Source: Spirochaetota bacterium | GTDB lineage: Bacteria; Spirochaetota; UBA12135; COTS27; CBDBHE01 | Direction: 5' to 3' | Length of the DNA: 64,000 nt | NCBI GenBank assembly: GCA_965205605.1 | Contig: CBDBHE010000002.1 | Coordinates: 96,001 to 160,000, forward strand | Shown here: one piece after another, positions 60,151 to 64,000 of the stretch | Position numbering within the stretch: the stretch's first letter is position 1 | Layout of the letters: every line of letters begins with the position of its first letter | Made by a program: the position numbers and the translations under genes | Notes under the pieces: generated by a model | What the model saw: only the letters and a program-made list of their open reading frames with translations | What the model was told of the DNA's origin: nothing | Database searches by the model: none

Positions 60151-61240
60151 GTGTCTTCTAAAAAAAAAATCTTAATCGGTAATCGTACTTTCATTTTAGA
60201 TCAACAAAAAGCAGAAAAAGCTTTTGAGGCTAAGAAAATTATAAATGGAAAAAAAACAATTACTTTTAATTTACTTCCTTTAAAGTATCCTTGGGCATAT
60301 GATCTTTATAAAAAAATGAAAGCTAATCATTGGGAACCAGAAGATATTCCAATGAATAGAGATATTGAACAGTGGCGTGGTAATGCTATCAGTGATGTTG
60401 AAAGATGGATTGTTAAAATAGGGGTTGGTTATTTCTCTGCAGCAGAGGGGATTGTAGGAGATAATGTTATTCACGTTGTAAGAGAGCTCGTAACTGCTCC
60501 AGAATTAAAACTTGTTTTAGGTCGCCATGCTCACGAAGAAAATGTTCATTGCAGATTCTCTTTTGTACATGATCTCATCACTTGGCATTAATCCTCACGA
60601 AGCTGAAGCCATGTTTGAAGATATCGCTTCCATTGTTAAAAAAAATGAATTTGTTATGAAAACTTCCCAACAACTTAGAAGAGATTTAGACCTCACTGTT
60701 TTAGAAAATAAAAAACTTTTTGCAAAAAATCTTTTTGTTTTTGGTCAATGTATGGAAGGGACTCAATTTTATGGGCTTTTCGGTATGATTTTAGGTCTTT
60801 ATCGTCAAAATAAATTCCCAGGAATTGGTCAAATGTTTCGGTATACTTTAAGGGATGAGTCTAACCATATCGCTTTATTTAGAGATCTTTTCAATTACCT
60901 TGTTGAAGAAAACCCTGAAATCTGGACAAACGACTTTAAACAAGAATTAACTGATTTAATGTTAGAGGCAATTAAATATGAAAAAGAATTTATTACTGAT
61001 TGTTTGCCTGTCAATGCAATTGGTCTTGTTGTAGAAGATTTCCATCTTTACATTGATTATATTGCAGATAGAAGGCTTGAAAGTGTTAATTTAAAATCAA
61101 TCCAAGGCAAAATGACAAATCCTTTTCCTTGGCTTGCTGAAATGATGGATATTCAAAAAGAACAAAACTTTTTTGAAGGGAGAGTAACAGAGTATCAAAA
61201 ATCATCTTCTTTAATTATGGATCATGATGATGAATTATGA
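60151..61240 (+). CDS. nrdB: ribonucleotide reductase beta subunit, class Ic (Mn/Fe)-type; one extra T at 60549-60550
   Basis: NHWEPEDIPM, FSAAEGIVGDN, EENVHADSL after correction, MEGTQFY, LRDESNH, NPFPWL, EQNFFEGRVTEY. Confidence 0.93.
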
Positions 61241-61277
61241 TTTTTTTAAAATTTAAAATTAGGGAGAAATTTTAGAA

Positions 61278-64000
61278 GTGCATGAACAAAGTAAGGTTTT
61301 AAAAAGGGATATAGCTTTAAAAAAGTATATTTCTAGTAGAAATGGAGACAAATCAAAGTATCAATGGCATGAAATTTTTACTCAAAATAATACCTCTACT
61401 TTAGAAGTTAAAGATTCTTTAATTAAAATTATTCAATACGATCTTGAAGATGATTATAATTCTTATAAAATAGCTGAGAAAGTTGGTAGGGCTCTTACCA
61501 ATCTTTATATGTCTCTTTCAAAAAATGAAAATGAGATTTTTACTGAAAAAAACAAAGCCTTTGTTTACAAAGTTGTTAAAAAAGTATCTAGTACAATCTC
61601 TGAAATGAAGGAGGAGTATCTTAAAAACAATAAAAGTAAAGAAGGTGTTTCTTTTAGATTAAATATTAAAGATTTAAATTATCTTATAGAAAAGACCCTC
61701 GTTGATCTTAATGCTTATGATATTGCAACTAGTTTTCTTTTAGAACAATCTTTTGAAAAAAAAGAACAAGAAGAATCTCTTAAAGGTAAGGTAAGAGTTA
61801 TTAGAAGAAACAATCAAATTGTGCCTTGGAATTCTGCCAAAATTGAAGTGGCAGTTAGAAAAGCTTTTTTAAGCTTAGAGAAAAATTCTTCACCAGCCGT
61901 TGCAATTGTGGAGGCTGTTTGTAAATTTGTTGAGTCTGCAAAAATAAAATATATTCATATAGAAGAAATACAAGATTTGGTTCAAGAAGAAATCATGAAA
62001 GCCGGTCACTTTAAAGTAGCAGAAAACTACATTATTTATAGAACCCAAAGAAACTTTCATCGTGATTTAGAAAAAAAAGACAAGCAAGATTCACCTTCTA
62101 AAAAAAGCGCTTCTCAACTTAATTTGGTTTTGATTATTAAGGAAAATCAAAGTTCTTTTATGTGGGATGGGGAAGATTTGAAAAAACGAATCTCATACGC
62201 CATGATGGGGCTTGATTTGTGTTTGAATTTTGAAGAAATAGAAATAGAGCTACGGAGATCTATTTTTAATGGGATTACAGAAAAGGATATAAAAAAAACC
62301 ATTGTTTTAAACGCCAAAGCCTTGATTGAAAAAGATGCTGACTTTTCTCTTTTTAGTGGTAGAATCTTACTTTCTTATATTTATGAAGAAGTTCTTAATT
62401 GGGATATCGTTAGAAATGGAATTGGAAAATTAAAACAATTTCATGAAAAATTTTTCAAAAAATACCTTTTAAAAGGAATCGAAATTGGCATTTTAGATGA
62501 AAACCTTCTTTCATATAAACTTGAAAAACTGAGTAAAATGTTAGATCCTACCTCAGATATGGACTTTGATTATTTAGGCATCCAAACCCTTTATGATCGA
62601 TATCTACTTGTTGATAAAACAAAAAAACAACATAGACGAATTGAAACCCCTCAAATTTTTTGGATGCGTGTTGCCATGGGGATTTTTCTCAACGAAGAAA
62701 AGAAAAAAGAAGATTTTGTTATTGAGCTTTATTCTCTTTATAAATCAAGGCTTTTTTGTTCTTCCACACCCACCCTTTTTAACTCAGGGACAAAGCATTC
62801 TCAATTATCTTCTTGCTACTTATATTGGGTTGATGATTCTATTGAAGGAATTATGCAAAGAGGAATTGCAGAAAATGCTTATCTTTCAAAATGGGCTGGT
62901 GGGCTTGGTGGTAGTTGGACATCGGTTAGAGGGGTTGGTTCTTATATTAATGGGACTAATGGAGAAAGTCAGGGAGTGATTCCTTTTTTAAAGCTTCATA
63001 ATGATCAGCTTGTTGCTGTTAATCAAGGAGGAAAAAGAAAGGGTTCTGGCTGTGTTTATTTAGAAATTTGGCATAATGATTTAATGGAATTTTTAGAACT
63101 TAGAAGAAATACTGGTGATGATAGAAGGCGAACTCATGATATGAATACAGCAAATTGGATACCAGATTTATTTATGAAACGTCTTGAACTTAGAAAAAAT
63201 TGGACTTTGTTTCGTTCTAATGAAGTTCTTGATTTGCATCATATTTATGGAGAAAAATTTGAAAAACGTTATGTGGAATATGAAAAAAAAGCAGAAAAAG
63301 GGCTTATCTATAGCAAAGTAATGCCCGCTATCGAAATCTGGAAAAAAATATTACAAATGCTTTTTGAGACAGGACATCCTTGGATTACCTTTAAAGATGC
63401 TTGTAATATCAGAAACCCACAAAGTCATAAAGGGGTGATTCATAGTTCTAATTTATGTACCGAAATTACCTTAAATACAGGTAAAGATGAAACAGCTGTT
63501 TGTAATCTTGGTTCGATTGTTATTGACAACCATTTAGATGAATTTGGAAATATTGAGCATAAAAAACTTAAAGAAACAATTAGTATTGCTATTAGGGCTC
63601 TTGATAATATTATTGATATTAATTTTTATCCTACTAAACCAGCTAAAAATTCTAATGAAAGACATCGACCTATTGGTTTAGGTGCTATGGGGCTTCAGAA
63701 TGCTCTTTATAAAAAAAATATTTCCTTTGCTTCTAAAGAAGCAATTGAATTTAATGATGAATTTTTTGAATCGCTTTGTTATTATGCGTATGAAGCTTCA
63801 AGTGAATTAGCTAAAGAAAAAGGAGCTTACTCCTCATATAAGGGTTCAAAATGGTCTAAAGGGCTGCTCCCTTTAGATACAGCTAAAATTTTAGAAGAAA
63901 AAAGGCAAATTTCAATAGGAATTCCTCTTGAAAAAATCAAAATGAATTGGGATAATCTTAAAGAAAAAATTAAAAAACATGGAATGAGAAATAGTAATGT
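61278..64000 (+). CDS. nrdA: ribonucleotide reductase class I alpha subunit with N-terminal ATP-cones (truncated by window end)
   Basis: GTG start after AGGGAG; open frame to the window end; ATP-cone VIRRNNQIVPWNSAKIEVAVRKAF, GIQTLYDRY, ETPQ.FWMRVAMG, STPTLFNSG..QLSSCY, NQGGKRKG, SSNLCTEI, VCNLGS, RPIGLG. Confidence 0.96.
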   Translation, partial: MHEQSKVLKRDIALKKYISSRNGDKSKYQWHEIFTQNNTSTLEVKDSLIKIIQYDLEDDYNSYKIAEKVGRALTNLYMSLSKNENEIFTEKNKAFVYKVVKKVSSTISEMKEEYLKNNKSKEGVSFRLNIKDLNYLIEKTLVDLNAYDIATSFLLEQSFEKKEQEESLKGKVRVIRRNNQIVPWNSAKIEVAVRKAFLSLEKNSSPAVAIVEAVCKFVESAKIKYIHIEEIQDLVQEEIMKAGHFKVAENYIIYRTQRNFHRDLEKKDKQDSPSKKSASQLNLVLIIKENQSSFMWDGEDLKKRISYAMMGLDLCLNFEEIEIELRRSIFNGITEKDIKKTIVLNAKALIEKDADFSLFSGRILLSYIYEEVLNWDIVRNGIGKLKQFHEKFFKKYLLKGIEIGILDENLLSYKLEKLSKMLDPTSDMDFDYLGIQTLYDRYLLVDKTKKQHRRIETPQIFWMRVAMGIFLNEEKKKEDFVIELYSLYKSRLFCSSTPTLFNSGTKHSQLSSCYLYWVDDSIEGIMQRGIAENAYLSKWAGGLGGSWTSVRGVGSYINGTNGESQGVIPFLKLHNDQLVAVNQGGKRKGSGCVYLEIWHNDLMEFLELRRNTGDDRRRTHDMNTANWIPDLFMKRLELRKNWTLFRSNEVLDLHHIYGEKFEKRYVEYEKKAEKGLIYSKVMPAIEIWKKILQMLFETGHPWITFKDACNIRNPQSHKGVIHSSNLCTEITLNTGKDETAVCNLGSIVIDNHLDEFGNIEHKKLKETISIAIRALDNIIDINFYPTKPAKNSNERHRPIGLGAMGLQNALYKKNISFASKEAIEFNDEFFESLCYYAYEASSELAKEKGAYSSYKGSKWSKGLLPLDTAKILEEKRQISIGIPLEKIKMNWDNLKEKIKKHGMRNSN

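Noticed and set aside
62593-62979. 128-aa ORF in the track
   Set aside because: Off-frame inside nrdA, whose true frame is open from 61278 to the window end
1-64000. CRISPR array, rRNA, tRNA, IS element, prophage, or alternative genetic code
   Set aside because: No spaced direct repeats, RNA-gene signatures, transposase, integrase or phage motifs seen; conserved genes translate fully in code 11, and the breaks are frameshifts, not in-frame stops

Overview
A very AT-rich bacterial chromosomal segment made mostly of housekeeping genes, most plausibly from an LPS-producing member of the Spirochaetota. The evidence is a spirochete-type FliF/FliG/FliH/FliI block followed by an FlcA-like flagellar collar TPR protein, a small Cys-rich protein of a type I recall from spirochetes, and lpxC plus lptD. 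Core genes include xseB, fliS, recN, lgt, mreBCD, rpsF-ssb-rplI-dnaB (without rpsR), ugd, mutY, metE, ptsI, guaB, dapA, proS, lysA, a cyclophilin, Nif3, nadB, lptD, a UDP-glucuronate decarboxylase, citrate synthase, nrdB and the 5' part of nrdA, which runs off the window end. I saw no rRNA, tRNA, CRISPR array, transposase or prophage. Eight single-base insertions in homopolymer runs split six genes (dnaB, proS, nrdB, the speE-like gene, the sulfatase and uxs); they are most likely assembly errors. The most interesting items are: (1) a six-gene PspA (ESCRT-III-like) module with a membrane polyamine aminopropyltransferase, tandem DUF350, a CesT/YjfI-like chaperone and two uncharacterised proteins; (2) a response-regulator receiver fused to LpxC; (3) a formylglycine-generating enzyme with a Tat/lipoprotein signal, near a sulfatase with a Sec signal; (4) a GC-enriched structured leader upstream of metE that fits no riboswitch consensus I can recall; (5) a tyrosine-less, class Ic-type NrdB; and (6) a SpoIVB/S55 peptidase paired with a beta-propeller protein. 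All family assignments come from recognising motifs by eye, not from database searches.
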